Shown: positions 8,262-16,643 of the stretch, piece by piece
How the letters are laid out: every line of letters begins with the position of its first letter
Position numbering within the stretch: the stretch's first letter is position 1
Assembly (NCBI GenBank): GCA_005788065.1
Contig: SXZD01000252.1
Coordinates: 1-33,054 of the forward strand
DNA length: 33,054 nt
Direction: 5' to 3'
Origin: Burkholderiales bacterium
GTDB taxonomy: Bacteria > Pseudomonadota > Gammaproteobacteria > Burkholderiales > Burkholderiaceae_B
Translations under genes and position numbers: made by a program
Notes under the pieces: model-generated
The model's input: the letters and a program-made list of their open reading frames with translations, nothing else
The model's database searches: none
Told to the model about the DNA's origin: nothing

Positions 8262-10129
8262 TTTCTTTTGATCCAATCGGGTCCGGGCAACTCGGCGCCC
8301 ATGTCTTCGCCCACTTCCTGTGCGATCAGCGCATTGAGTTTCGCATTCAGTGCCATGACGGTTTTGACGCTGTCGTTTGTCGTAGCGTCGTTTCCTGCAA
8401 TTCCGGTTTTCGCGTTGTCGGCAGTCAGCCCCCATGCCAGATTGTTCATCTCCAGCGGGTCATTCTGCGTATCGTAGAGTTCCAATTGATTGTTCTGCAG
8501 CAATTGCTCCAGCGTCACGGGAACATGATGACCGGTTGCCGGAAAGTAGCGCGCAAACTTGTAACGTCCATCATGCAGACCGCGGAACAAGGCAGGACGC
8601 GTGAGGCGGGGCAATGGGCGTATACCTTTGAGCAAATTGCGCGCTGGCATCCACTTGTCACTGACGATGCCCTTCCTCACCATCTGTTCGATAAAATCGC
8701 TGTCCAGATAATGCGTGGTGTCGTAGTTAAACAGAATGCCCCGCTTGTCGCGCTGAGTTAACTCATGCGGCTTGGCAACAGCCTGGGCCACGCTGACACC
8801 ATTGAGTTGCGGATAAGCCTGAGCAACGCGCGAAGGGTCTGCCCCGGCCCACTCCAGCAATGTCGGGATCAAATCCACTGCGCTGCCCAATGCGCGGGTC
8901 GTCTGACCGCCCTTCGCATCGGGGTGCACGACCATCATCGGCACACGCGTGTTTTCGTCATACATGAAGGGACCTTTTTGACGCAGTCCATGTGCACCGG
9001 CCATCTCGCCGTGATCGGATGTGAACACCACCACCGTGTTTCCCGCTTGGCCACTTTCTTTCAGGGCATTCAAAATGCTTATTACATTTTGATCAGCATC
9101 GCGTATGCAATTGTAATAATACGATTGATAGGCCTGCCAACTGCTTTGTTCATCGGGTACCCGCCCGTATGCCATGTCGCAGAATTCCCGGTAATTGTCA
9201 TGCGCCCACGGCTTGCTGGACAAATCGTCACTGCGGTTGGCGGGCAGATCAAAATCCCAATGCTTCCGGTAAAGCGCAACATCCGGCGCACCGGCCAATG
9301 GCGCCAGATAGTCCGGGTGCGCACGCGAGGCAATCTGCGCCGCACCGGTTGCGTAGTACATCACATCATGCGGGTTGACCAGGTTGACGCACAGGCACCA
9401 AGGCTGAGCCGTTGCGACAGAAGATGATTCTGAGGATGAGCCTCTCGCGCGCGCCCGTATCCACTCTGCCGACTGCGAAGCGATCTGCGCATCCACCCGA
9501 AAACCGGTCCATGTTGAGCCGTGCGGATCACCATCAAAATTGAAATCAGAGAAGCCCCAGGGTTCCAGCGCATGCTGCGAATTGGGATACTGCCCATAGG
9601 TCAGTTCATGCCGTGCATGCAGATGGCTCAAATGCCATTTGCCCTTGTAGGCTGTGTAATAGCCATTGGCGCGGAAATAATGACCGAGTGTGGCCATGTC
9701 GATCGGGGGCTCACGATCCGGGTAGGCACCTAAGTTTGAAATTATGCGCGTGCGCTGCGTATATTGCCCGAAATACAGATTGGACCGCGAAGGCGAACAC
9801 GGCGTGGTGTTCACATGCCAGCGCTCAAACACGGTGCCATGCGCAGCCAACCATTCATGCCCGGGCAGCGGCAAACCGCGGGGCAAGGCAGCGCGCTCCT
9901 GGTCGGTGACGATCAGCAGCACGTTGGGGGCACGCGATCCTTGCGGCAGCACGCGGGGCAGATTGCGCTGCACGCTTTTCAGGTTTTGAAGACCACCTGC
10001 ATCCACTGCAGCAGCAGATCCGGAGGAACCCTGCAGACGTCCCAGACCGTAGCTGGCGGCCAGTGCACCACTGAGCGCACCGGCCTGAAGCAGGCGTCTT
10101 CGCAGCGACGCTCGCTCGCTGTCGCTCAC
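8258..10129 (-). CDS. Cys-type (formylglycine-dependent) sulfatase with Tat signal peptide
   Basis: 623-aa ORF with a GTG start directly after the TAA of the small upstream ORF. It has the Tat motif SLRRRLLQAG, the metal site LLIVTDQ, the CxPxR FGly motif PCSPSRSNLYFG (Cys codon 9797-9799), and FTSDHGE. Confidence 0.85.
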   Translation of the reverse strand: MSDSERASLRRRLLQAGALSGALAASYGLGRLQGSSGSAAAVDAGGLQNLKSVQRNLPRVLPQGSRAPNVLLIVTDQERAALPRGLPLPGHEWLAAHGTVFERWHVNTTPCSPSRSNLYFGQYTQRTRIISNLGAYPDREPPIDMATLGHYFRANGYYTAYKGKWHLSHLHARHELTYGQYPNSQHALEPWGFSDFNFDGDPHGSTWTGFRVDAQIASQSAEWIRARARGSSSESSSVATAQPWCLCVNLVNPHDVMYYATGAAQIASRAHPDYLAPLAGAPDVALYRKHWDFDLPANRSDDLSSKPWAHDNYREFCDMAYGRVPDEQSSWQAYQSYYYNCIRDADQNVISILNALKESGQAGNTVVVFTSDHGEMAGAHGLRQKGPFMYDENTRVPMMVVHPDAKGGQTTRALGSAVDLIPTLLEWAGADPSRVAQAYPQLNGVSVAQAVAKPHELTQRDKRGILFNYDTTHYLDSDFIEQMVRKGIVSDKWMPARNLLKGIRPLPRLTRPALFRGLHDGRYKFARYFPATGHHVPVTLEQLLQNNQLELYDTQNDPLEMNNLAWGLTADNAKTGIAGNDATTNDSVKTVMALNAKLNALIAQEVGEDMGAELPGPDWIKRK

Positions 10130-10309
10130 TTACTGTCCTGCCCTTCTGAGTGCGTCCGTACTGAATTCTGCGCCCGAGGGCGTCAGATCTTGCCCCAGAG
10201 GCGCGACTTCAGCTTCGGACAGACCGGCCCGCGCAGGCAGCGTGAAAAGCACTATGGCAGAAAGCGCCAGACAGGAACGGCGCAGCGTACGGATACTCGG
10301 GATGGTCAT
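10130..10309 (-). CDS. 59-aa signal-peptide ORF, possibly an N-terminal remnant of a DUF1329-type periplasmic protein
   Basis: Not in the ORF track because it falls below the cutoff. I translated it by hand as MTIPSIRTLRRSCLALSAIVLFTLPARAGLSEAEVAPLGQDLTPSGAEFSTDALRRAGQ*. The RBS GGGAGA lies 8 nt upstream of the ATG. The TAA abuts the sulfatase GTG. The LTPxGAE motif after the signal peptide recalls DUF1329 N-termini, from memory only. Confidence 0.3.
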   Translation of the reverse strand: MTIPSIRTLRRSCLALSAIVLFTLPARAGLSEAEVAPLGQDLTPSGAEFSTDALRRAGQ

Positions 10310-10456
10310 GGTGCATGTCTCCCTGACGCATGAGTGGCTGAATCATGTCGCAGGCTTTTTATACTGCCAAGCCTTTTTTAAGACGTTCGTTTTAGCATGG
10401 AACGAGAAGGATTCACAAGATATCGGCGGCAGATCAGAAGCCGCTGCTGCACTGCA

Positions 10457-11875
10457 TCACGCCGCAGCGCGACGAAGCTCAAACGACACGGAAGCAATGC
10501 AGCCCTGCCCCGCCAGACTCAGGATGTCGGCCTCACCACCGGTCGCGTCGGCCCAGCGCTTCAACGCCCGCAAACCGCCCAGCCCCGCGGCGTTAGGATC
10601 TTCAACGTCCTGCGGGTCCGTTTTGACGGCAGACCTGCCGTCAGTTCTCAGGCCAGGGGAAGTGCCGCCCTGCGGGGTTTGTGCGTCGACCCTTTCCCGA
10701 AAAAACGCGCGCATGCGCCGCATCACAGGCTCTGAAATACCCGCACCGGTATCCGAAACAACAAGACGCCATGCGAGGCTGTCTGAATGGGGCGCATTGC
10801 GGTTGGTGCACTCCAGCCGCACCAGAATGCTCCCCTGAATCGTGTATCGGACCGCATTATCGAGCACGGCATTGATGGCATCCAGATACAGTTGGGTAGG
10901 CCCTACGCAAGCCGGCGCGAACTCTGCATCAATATCCTGCACAAGCGAAAGCCCCTTGGCCTGTGCTGCCCGCGCCCAGTGGTCGCAGCGGATCTGCAGT
11001 ATCTGCACCGGCGCACACAACTCCAGGTCAAGCCCGCCAGCCGACAGCTTGCGCGCAGACCCCAGCGCCGTTTCTAGAAACTGCATCACGCGTGTCGACA
11101 TGCGGCTGATACTGCCCGCATCGGTTGCAGCAGGCCTGTCCTCTGCCTGCATTGACTCGATGGCCTGCACCATGCCATGCAAGGGAACTTCAATATCGGT
11201 CGACAGCGATTTCAAAAACCGCTCCTTGCTGCTCTGCGCATGCTCGATAACGGCAAGCGTTTGCTTCAGGGCCTCACGACGCTGCCGTAAGGCCTGCTCA
11301 AGCTGTGCCGACTGTCTGTCCATGAAAATGGAAAAGCCCAGCGCAAGCAGGTACATGATCGTCAGACAGAGCAGATTGACCTCGGTGTTGACGAAGCGAT
11401 CGCCCACCGGCCCGCTGATGAAACCACCCAGTTCCGCCAGTGCAGCCGCAGCGAGCAGGACACTTGCAAAGACCATCACGGCAAGTCCCGCACGCAGACC
11501 AAACACCGTCAAGGTCAATAGCAGTGCGAATGCGGTGAATGGAGAACTGGCCGACCGCGTTCCCAATTCAAGACCGAACAGGCTGAAGGCGATGATGCCG
11601 AGTACCAGCACAATGACGATCGCGGCGATGAAAGTATTTCGGCCGGATCGGATGAAAGGGATGCAAGCCAGCGAGATGAACGCAATCAGCCCGCCTTGCA
11701 GGACCTGCTTCTGTGCCAGCAGGTCGCCATTCAGAGCGGGGACCGCACGCAAAGCCACCAGCAGGAGACCCAGTAGCACACCACAGGCTGCAAACGACAT
11801 GAAGGCCGAGCGTGCTGAGGTGCACTCGATGTGCTCGATCAAGTCGGTGACCGGCATGCGTTCATCGACGCTCAT
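10457..11875 (-). CDS. histidine-kinase-like membrane protein with a degenerate H-box (pseudo-kinase?)
   Basis: 472 aa with a polytopic N-terminus. The position of the H-box reads FLKSLSTDIEVPLHG, with Thr (codon 11198-11200) where the paralogs have SHEIRTP/SHAIRTP. N-box LDNAVRYT and G1 DTGAGI are kept. The G2 region carries an insertion (…GLRTDGRSAVKTDPQDVEDPNAAGLGGL). The ATG overlaps the upstream kinase's TGA as TGATG. Confidence 0.75.
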   Translation of the reverse strand: MSVDERMPVTDLIEHIECTSARSAFMSFAACGVLLGLLLVALRAVPALNGDLLAQKQVLQGGLIAFISLACIPFIRSGRNTFIAAIVIVLVLGIIAFSLFGLELGTRSASSPFTAFALLLTLTVFGLRAGLAVMVFASVLLAAAALAELGGFISGPVGDRFVNTEVNLLCLTIMYLLALGFSIFMDRQSAQLEQALRQRREALKQTLAVIEHAQSSKERFLKSLSTDIEVPLHGMVQAIESMQAEDRPAATDAGSISRMSTRVMQFLETALGSARKLSAGGLDLELCAPVQILQIRCDHWARAAQAKGLSLVQDIDAEFAPACVGPTQLYLDAINAVLDNAVRYTIQGSILVRLECTNRNAPHSDSLAWRLVVSDTGAGISEPVMRRMRAFFRERVDAQTPQGGTSPGLRTDGRSAVKTDPQDVEDPNAAGLGGLRALKRWADATGGEADILSLAGQGCIASVSFELRRAAA

Positions 11876-13242
11876 CAGACGCCTCCTGACGGATTGGGCT
11901 GGCTCGCCCGTTGCAGCGGCAACACCAACCAGAAGCGGCTGCCCTGCCCGGGTTCACTGCTGACCTGCAGACTGCCACCCATCAGCCCGCTGAGTTCCTG
12001 CGCCAGCGCAAGGCCGATGCCGGTGCCCGCCGTCTGATTGGCTGCATCGGTGGCACTCTGGGTGAAAGGCTGAAAAATGCGGTTCAAAATGTCGGCATCA
12101 ATACCTGGACCGGTATCGCTGACCGTGAAAGTCCAAACCACGCTGGCCTCATCCATGTCCAGGGGAAGCGCCGACAATGAAACGCTGTCACCTGTACGGG
12201 CAAATTTCACCGCATTGGACAGCAAAATGCTCAGCACCTGATGCAGGCGCTTCTCATCCACCAGCACATGGGCAGAAACTGCCGCATCTGCATGCAAGAA
12301 CCAGTGCAACGCTTTTTCCGCGGCAGACGCTTTGAACTGTGCAAACAAGGACGCTAGAAAAACACCAAGATCGCATGATTTCAAGTCAGTCACCATCAGC
12401 CCTCTGCGCGAGGACTTGAAGTCCAGCAGCGAATTGACGAATGCATCGAGTTCGCGCGCTGAACGTCTCAGCGACCTGAGATACACCTCCCGCTTGCTGG
12501 CGGGCACGCGATCATCCTTGAGCAACTGCAGACCGCTCTGTATGCCCACCATCGGCGTACGGATGGCATGAGAGAGCGATGCAAAAAACGCCTCAGACTC
12601 TTGCTGGGCTTGTTCGCGCTGGGCAATTGCATGCTCCAGCGCCTGCGCCTCTGCGATCAACTCGGACTGAACGGCCTGGTTGCGCCTGAAAAAAGATCGG
12701 CTGACAACAAATACCACCATCAGCAGAAGAATGACCGCGGCCAGACTGGTCAAGATCGACCCTTGCCGATCGGGCGTCGGAGCAAAGACCGGGTAGGCTT
12801 TTTCAATTGCATATGTGGAACCCAGCAGCAAAAAACCCAAGCCGGTTGCAAACCATCCCGCCCTGTGACCAAAAAACAGGGTTGCCGTGCAAATGATCGT
12901 GATATAGAGAACAAAACCGCTGGATTTCAGTCCGTAACCAACTCCGAACACACCCACTGCGGTCACAGCAAGCAAGCCCAGAAAAATCAGAGTCATGGCC
13001 GCTTTCAGGTGCCCCCTGCGAGACAGGCCGATGATGGCAGCGCCGTTGATGACATTGCCAGCCAGTACCCAGGCGATGGTGCGGGCAGCCGCGCTTGGGT
13101 TGTTCATGACCAGAACGACTATCAATCCGAGCGACCCGAAGCAGACGAGTTGACCGCCAAATGTCAGTACGCGGGCAATATCGTCAATCTGTTTCCAGGT
13201 GCCGGCGCGGGAGCCGGTTTCATTCATGCCGTACAGGGGCAT
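11875..13242 (-). CDS. membrane sensor histidine kinase (polytopic sensor + HisKA + HATPase_c)
   Basis: 455 aa. Motifs: H-box FFASLSHAIRTPMVGI, N-box LLSNAVKFA, G1 DTGPGI, F-box FQPFTQ, G2 GTGIGLALAQEL. Confidence 0.85.
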   Translation of the reverse strand: MPLYGMNETGSRAGTWKQIDDIARVLTFGGQLVCFGSLGLIVVLVMNNPSAAARTIAWVLAGNVINGAAIIGLSRRGHLKAAMTLIFLGLLAVTAVGVFGVGYGLKSSGFVLYITIICTATLFFGHRAGWFATGLGFLLLGSTYAIEKAYPVFAPTPDRQGSILTSLAAVILLLMVVFVVSRSFFRRNQAVQSELIAEAQALEHAIAQREQAQQESEAFFASLSHAIRTPMVGIQSGLQLLKDDRVPASKREVYLRSLRRSARELDAFVNSLLDFKSSRRGLMVTDLKSCDLGVFLASLFAQFKASAAEKALHWFLHADAAVSAHVLVDEKRLHQVLSILLSNAVKFARTGDSVSLSALPLDMDEASVVWTFTVSDTGPGIDADILNRIFQPFTQSATDAANQTAGTGIGLALAQELSGLMGGSLQVSSEPGQGSRFWLVLPLQRASQPNPSGGV

Positions 13243-13388
13243 CGGTTTGTCTCAGTTTTTTGGTATCTGAATAATTTTTTGTTTGTCATCCGAGTTTAAC
13301 CGATCTGGCCGACTCAAGAACCCTGAATGCGGGCAACAAAAAGTCCTTTTAAAACGAAATGCGACATAAGAGGTAACAACCGCGGATA

Positions 13389-13420
13389 CGGATACAATCG
13401 CGATGGATTCAATGTATCCG
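13389..13420. repeat. inverted repeat CGGATACA-N16-TGTATCCG in the divergent kinase / MRJP promoter region
   Basis: Perfect 8-bp arms read directly from the sequence, ending 20 nt upstream of the MRJP-like ATG (13440). Function unknown; an operator or a 5'-UTR hairpin are both possible. Confidence 0.3.
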
Positions 13421-13439
13421 ACAACCTTCAGGCACTTTC

Positions 13440-14573
13440 ATGAAACGCACCCTCTGGACACTTTTTTTCCTGCTGCTTTTACTGACAGCTGCCGCCAGTT
13501 TTACCTATGACCGCTACGGTGGCGGGCAGCCGTATGCCGATCTGTCAACGCAGCCCGCGCTGCCGCCTGAGGCACTGGAAAAAGTGCTGGACTACCCGGA
13601 ACCGCTGGCCAACGTGGCTGTTGCAGCCGATGGTCGCGTATTTTTTACGGTACACCCGGAATCGCGTCCGACCGGTGCCAAACTGCTGGTCAAAGATCTC
13701 GACGGGCAGATACGCCCCTACCCGGATGAAGCTTCCCAGACGGTCTTGTTCGACGCTGTGATGGGTGTGGTCATCAATGCCGGCAATACGCTCTACACCA
13801 TCGACCATGGGCAGCATGCCAGCGGCAAGCCGCGAATACTCGGTTTTGATCTGGGAACCAACAAACCGGTGTTTGACTATGTATTCCCGGGCGAAGTCGC
13901 ACCGCTGGGTTCGATGCTGCAGGACCTGCAGGTGGACAGTCGCGGCGAGTTTGCGTATCTGGCAGATGTCGGCTTCCTGAACAAGCGTCCGGGACTGGTG
14001 GTGCTGGACATGAAAAAGCGGGAATCGTGGCGGGCCCTTGACCGGCATGAGTCGGTCACTCCGCAAAACTGGAAAATCCGTACACCGACAAAAGACATGG
14101 TTTTTTTCGGCGGTCTGGTAGTGCTCAAACCCGGCGTTGATGGCATTGCCATTTCGAAGGATGATGCAACCATCGTCTATGGCGCGATGTCGCACGATAC
14201 CCTGTATGCAGTCCCGACCGCTGCCCTGCGCGAGAAGCGGGGCGCCAACGCCGAATCAGCGGTCAAGGCGATCGGCAAGAAACCGTTGAACGACGGACTG
14301 TCGATGGATTGGGACGGTAATGTTTTTATCACCGATGTCGAGCATGGCAGCGTCATGAAAATGACACCCGACGGCACATTGAGTACCGTGGTGCGCGATG
14401 CAGCCCGCATCCGTTGGGCCGATGCGCTGTCGTTCGGGCCAGATGACTGGCTGTATGTTGCTGACTCGGCGATCCCGGACCAGATGCTGCGCACCAAGGC
14501 GCACATGGCCTCGCAGGCGCCCTACGCCATTTTCCGCTTCAAACCAGGAACACGCGGAGTACCGGGTCAATAA
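13440..14573 (+). CDS. major royal jelly / yellow family protein (secreted beta-propeller)
   Basis: 377 aa with an N-terminal signal/anchor (LWTLFFLLLLLTAAA). MRJP-like blocks are present: LQDLQVDSRGEFAYLADVG, PGLVVLDMKKRESWRAL, DGIAIS, LSMDWDGNVFITD. Confidence 0.65.
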   Translation: MKRTLWTLFFLLLLLTAAASFTYDRYGGGQPYADLSTQPALPPEALEKVLDYPEPLANVAVAADGRVFFTVHPESRPTGAKLLVKDLDGQIRPYPDEASQTVLFDAVMGVVINAGNTLYTIDHGQHASGKPRILGFDLGTNKPVFDYVFPGEVAPLGSMLQDLQVDSRGEFAYLADVGFLNKRPGLVVLDMKKRESWRALDRHESVTPQNWKIRTPTKDMVFFGGLVVLKPGVDGIAISKDDATIVYGAMSHDTLYAVPTAALREKRGANAESAVKAIGKKPLNDGLSMDWDGNVFITDVEHGSVMKMTPDGTLSTVVRDAARIRWADALSFGPDDWLYVADSAIPDQMLRTKAHMASQAPYAIFRFKPGTRGVPGQ

Positions 14574-14647
14574 GTGCGGGCTCCTGTTGCGCCGCTTGAA
14601 ATCCCCCGTGCTGTGTTCAAAGTGCACAACCTTATCGGAGACGCCAC

Positions 14648-15952
14648 ATGCTCGCCTATCTTAAACAGCCCGGGGTGGCGCCCATCGTCCTGTCGGCTGC
14701 CTGCATCATGATGGTGACCATGGGAATACGGCAATCCACCGGACTGCTGGTCAGCCCGATCAACACAGCCAGTGGACTGGGCATAGCCAGCATCAGTTTT
14801 GCGCTGGCCATCGGGCAATTCATGTGGGGTGCGGCGCAACCCATTGCCGGTGCCATTGCAGACCGCTATGGCCCGTCGCGCGTGTTGATGACCGCACTGC
14901 TGATGTTGGCGATCGGATGCGCGGCCACACCGCTGCTGTATGGCAGCACATGGGGGCTGACGCTAGCCATGGGATTTCTCATGGCAGTGGGTTCAGGCGG
15001 TGCCAGTTTTTCTGTTCTGATGGGGGCCGCAGCGCAAAAACTGCCTGAGCGGGTGCGCGGGCCGGCATCCGGTTTTGTCAATGCGGGGGGATCATTCGGG
15101 CAGTTTGTGTTCGCACCGGCTTTGCAAAAAATGATACAGACCGCGGGCTGGATGAATGGCCTGTTTGCACTGGCTTTGGTGTCGCTGGCTGCCTTGCCTT
15201 TGATCAGGACGCTGGTGGGCGACAAAGCGCGCGACAAGGGGGATGGCAAGACAGCGCACGAGGTGCAAAACAACGAGACCAACGCGGCTTCGGCAAACCC
15301 AAGCGGCGGCCACGGCGACAGCGGAAATGCCGCACTGCAGACCGCTCCCACGCAAGAAAGTCTTGGCACTGCAATCCGGGAAGCGTTCAGGGACCGCAGT
15401 TACTGGTTGCTGCATGCGGGGTTTTTCACATGCGGATTTCACATCGCTTTTTTGATCACGCACCTTCCCGGTGAGATAGACCTCTGCGGCTTACCGGCCG
15501 CCGTGGCGAGCACATCGATTGCCATCATCGGACTGTCCAATATCGCTGGCAGTCTGCTGGCGGGTGCCAGCCTGACCCGCTGGTTGGGCAAACATGTGCT
15601 GTTTGTGATGTACGGGTCGCGCGCAGTGATGATTGCTCTGTATCTGGCGCTGCCAAAGACCGAAATGACGTTTTATGTGTTTGCCATCGGCTTGGGTTTG
15701 ACATGGCTGGCAACGGTTCCGCCGACGGCGTCCATTGTGGGCAAACTGTTCGGCCCCCGCTATCTGGGCACGCTGTTTGGACTGACGGTGCTGTCGCATC
15801 AGATCGGCGGATTTCTGGGCGCATGGCTGGGTGGCCTTGCGATTGTGAAAACAGGCGATTATGCGTGGATGTGGTGGGCAGATATTGCGCTGGCTGCGAT
15901 GGCTGCAGGCGCTAATCTGCCGATACGGGAAGAAAAGGTCCTGCGCGTTTAA
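14648..15952 (+). CDS. MFS transporter (oxalate/formate-antiporter-like subfamily) with a long central loop
   Basis: 434 aa with two bundles of about 6 hydrophobic helices. The MFS loop motif GAIADRYGPSRV is present. The hydrophilic central loop runs roughly aa 190-250. Confidence 0.8.
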   Translation: MLAYLKQPGVAPIVLSAACIMMVTMGIRQSTGLLVSPINTASGLGIASISFALAIGQFMWGAAQPIAGAIADRYGPSRVLMTALLMLAIGCAATPLLYGSTWGLTLAMGFLMAVGSGGASFSVLMGAAAQKLPERVRGPASGFVNAGGSFGQFVFAPALQKMIQTAGWMNGLFALALVSLAALPLIRTLVGDKARDKGDGKTAHEVQNNETNAASANPSGGHGDSGNAALQTAPTQESLGTAIREAFRDRSYWLLHAGFFTCGFHIAFLITHLPGEIDLCGLPAAVASTSIAIIGLSNIAGSLLAGASLTRWLGKHVLFVMYGSRAVMIALYLALPKTEMTFYVFAIGLGLTWLATVPPTASIVGKLFGPRYLGTLFGLTVLSHQIGGFLGAWLGGLAIVKTGDYAWMWWADIALAAMAAGANLPIREEKVLRV

Positions 15953-16458
15953 CCCCTCAACACGGCAAAAGACCGCTGACTGACCATCTTCACCAGTTTT
16001 TCCTGCACAAACAGCGGGCCAATCAGCAGAAAAACCAGATCGTCGCCAAAGGACGGCTTGGCCTTTTCAATGTGGTGAGCCACAAACTGGAATATCCAAG
16101 CCGCAACCCAGATCACACCGCACACCACAGCCAATGAGGCGCCCGACGACTCGACAGCGGCAATGGCTGCCAGACTGGCGACAGACCACAGGCCGCCGTC
16201 AATGAAACTCTTGAGCCCCAGACGCGCATAAAAAGCAAGTATCGGCACAAATGCCAGCAAACCCAGATTCAGTGACAGGCCGGTGAGTTCAGAAAACCGG
16301 TCAGCCAATTGCGGCATGACAGAATCCAGTTTCACCGCCCACAACAGGCCCGCGGACGCAAAGAAAATCAGTGGAACGCACACCAGATGAATGATCTGGT
16401 TGCTGATGTTGCGGTGGCTGCGGGCATATTCGACGATGAATTGTTCACGGCTTCTCAT
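15949..16458 (-). CDS. DUF962 / Mpo1-like membrane protein
   Basis: 169 aa. The N-terminus EYARSHRNISNQIIHLVCVPLIF is typical of the DUF962 (YGL010w/Mpo1) family. Its stop overlaps the MFS stop in a shared TTAA. Confidence 0.6.
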   Translation of the reverse strand: MRSREQFIVEYARSHRNISNQIIHLVCVPLIFFASAGLLWAVKLDSVMPQLADRFSELTGLSLNLGLLAFVPILAFYARLGLKSFIDGGLWSVASLAAIAAVESSGASLAVVCGVIWVAAWIFQFVAHHIEKAKPSFGDDLVFLLIGPLFVQEKLVKMVSQRSFAVLRG

Positions 16459-16643
16459 GGGGGTCTCCTGTGCGAATCGGATTAAACGCGGGTAGAAACA
16501 AGTGCTGCCTGTTCCTTGTTGCGCACAGTGTATGCCGGGAGGCTGGCTTGACCTGTCATCTGGATGACAGTTACATAAAAATCGTCAGCACCCGGTTTTT
16601 CATGAACCATACTTTCTGAAGTTAACCGAACCGTCACAAACAA

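Noticed and set aside
7668-8435. Listed 255-aa version of the DUF1214 ORF, with an Arg/Gln/Cys-rich 58-aa N-terminus. It overlaps the sulfatase 3' end by 178 nt.
   Set aside because: The internal ATG at 8261 gives a normal TM-anchored N-terminus and an ATGA junction with the sulfatase stop. The extension looks like out-of-frame read-through.
10353-10383. Hairpin AGGCTT-N11-AAGCCT followed by TTTTTTAAG on the plus strand, which looks like a terminator.
   Set aside because: The stem is only 6 bp with an 11-nt loop. No plus-strand gene ends here, and on the minus strand, where the pseudo-kinase ends, there is no U-tract. It is too weak to call.
16553-16570. Small inverted repeat CTGTCAT-CTGG-ATGACAG about 100 nt upstream of the DUF962 gene. 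Its left arm equals a Pho half-site.
   Set aside because: It is a single inverted copy, not a direct one, so it does not form a Pho box. The arms are short enough to arise by chance, and I could find no supporting promoter elements.
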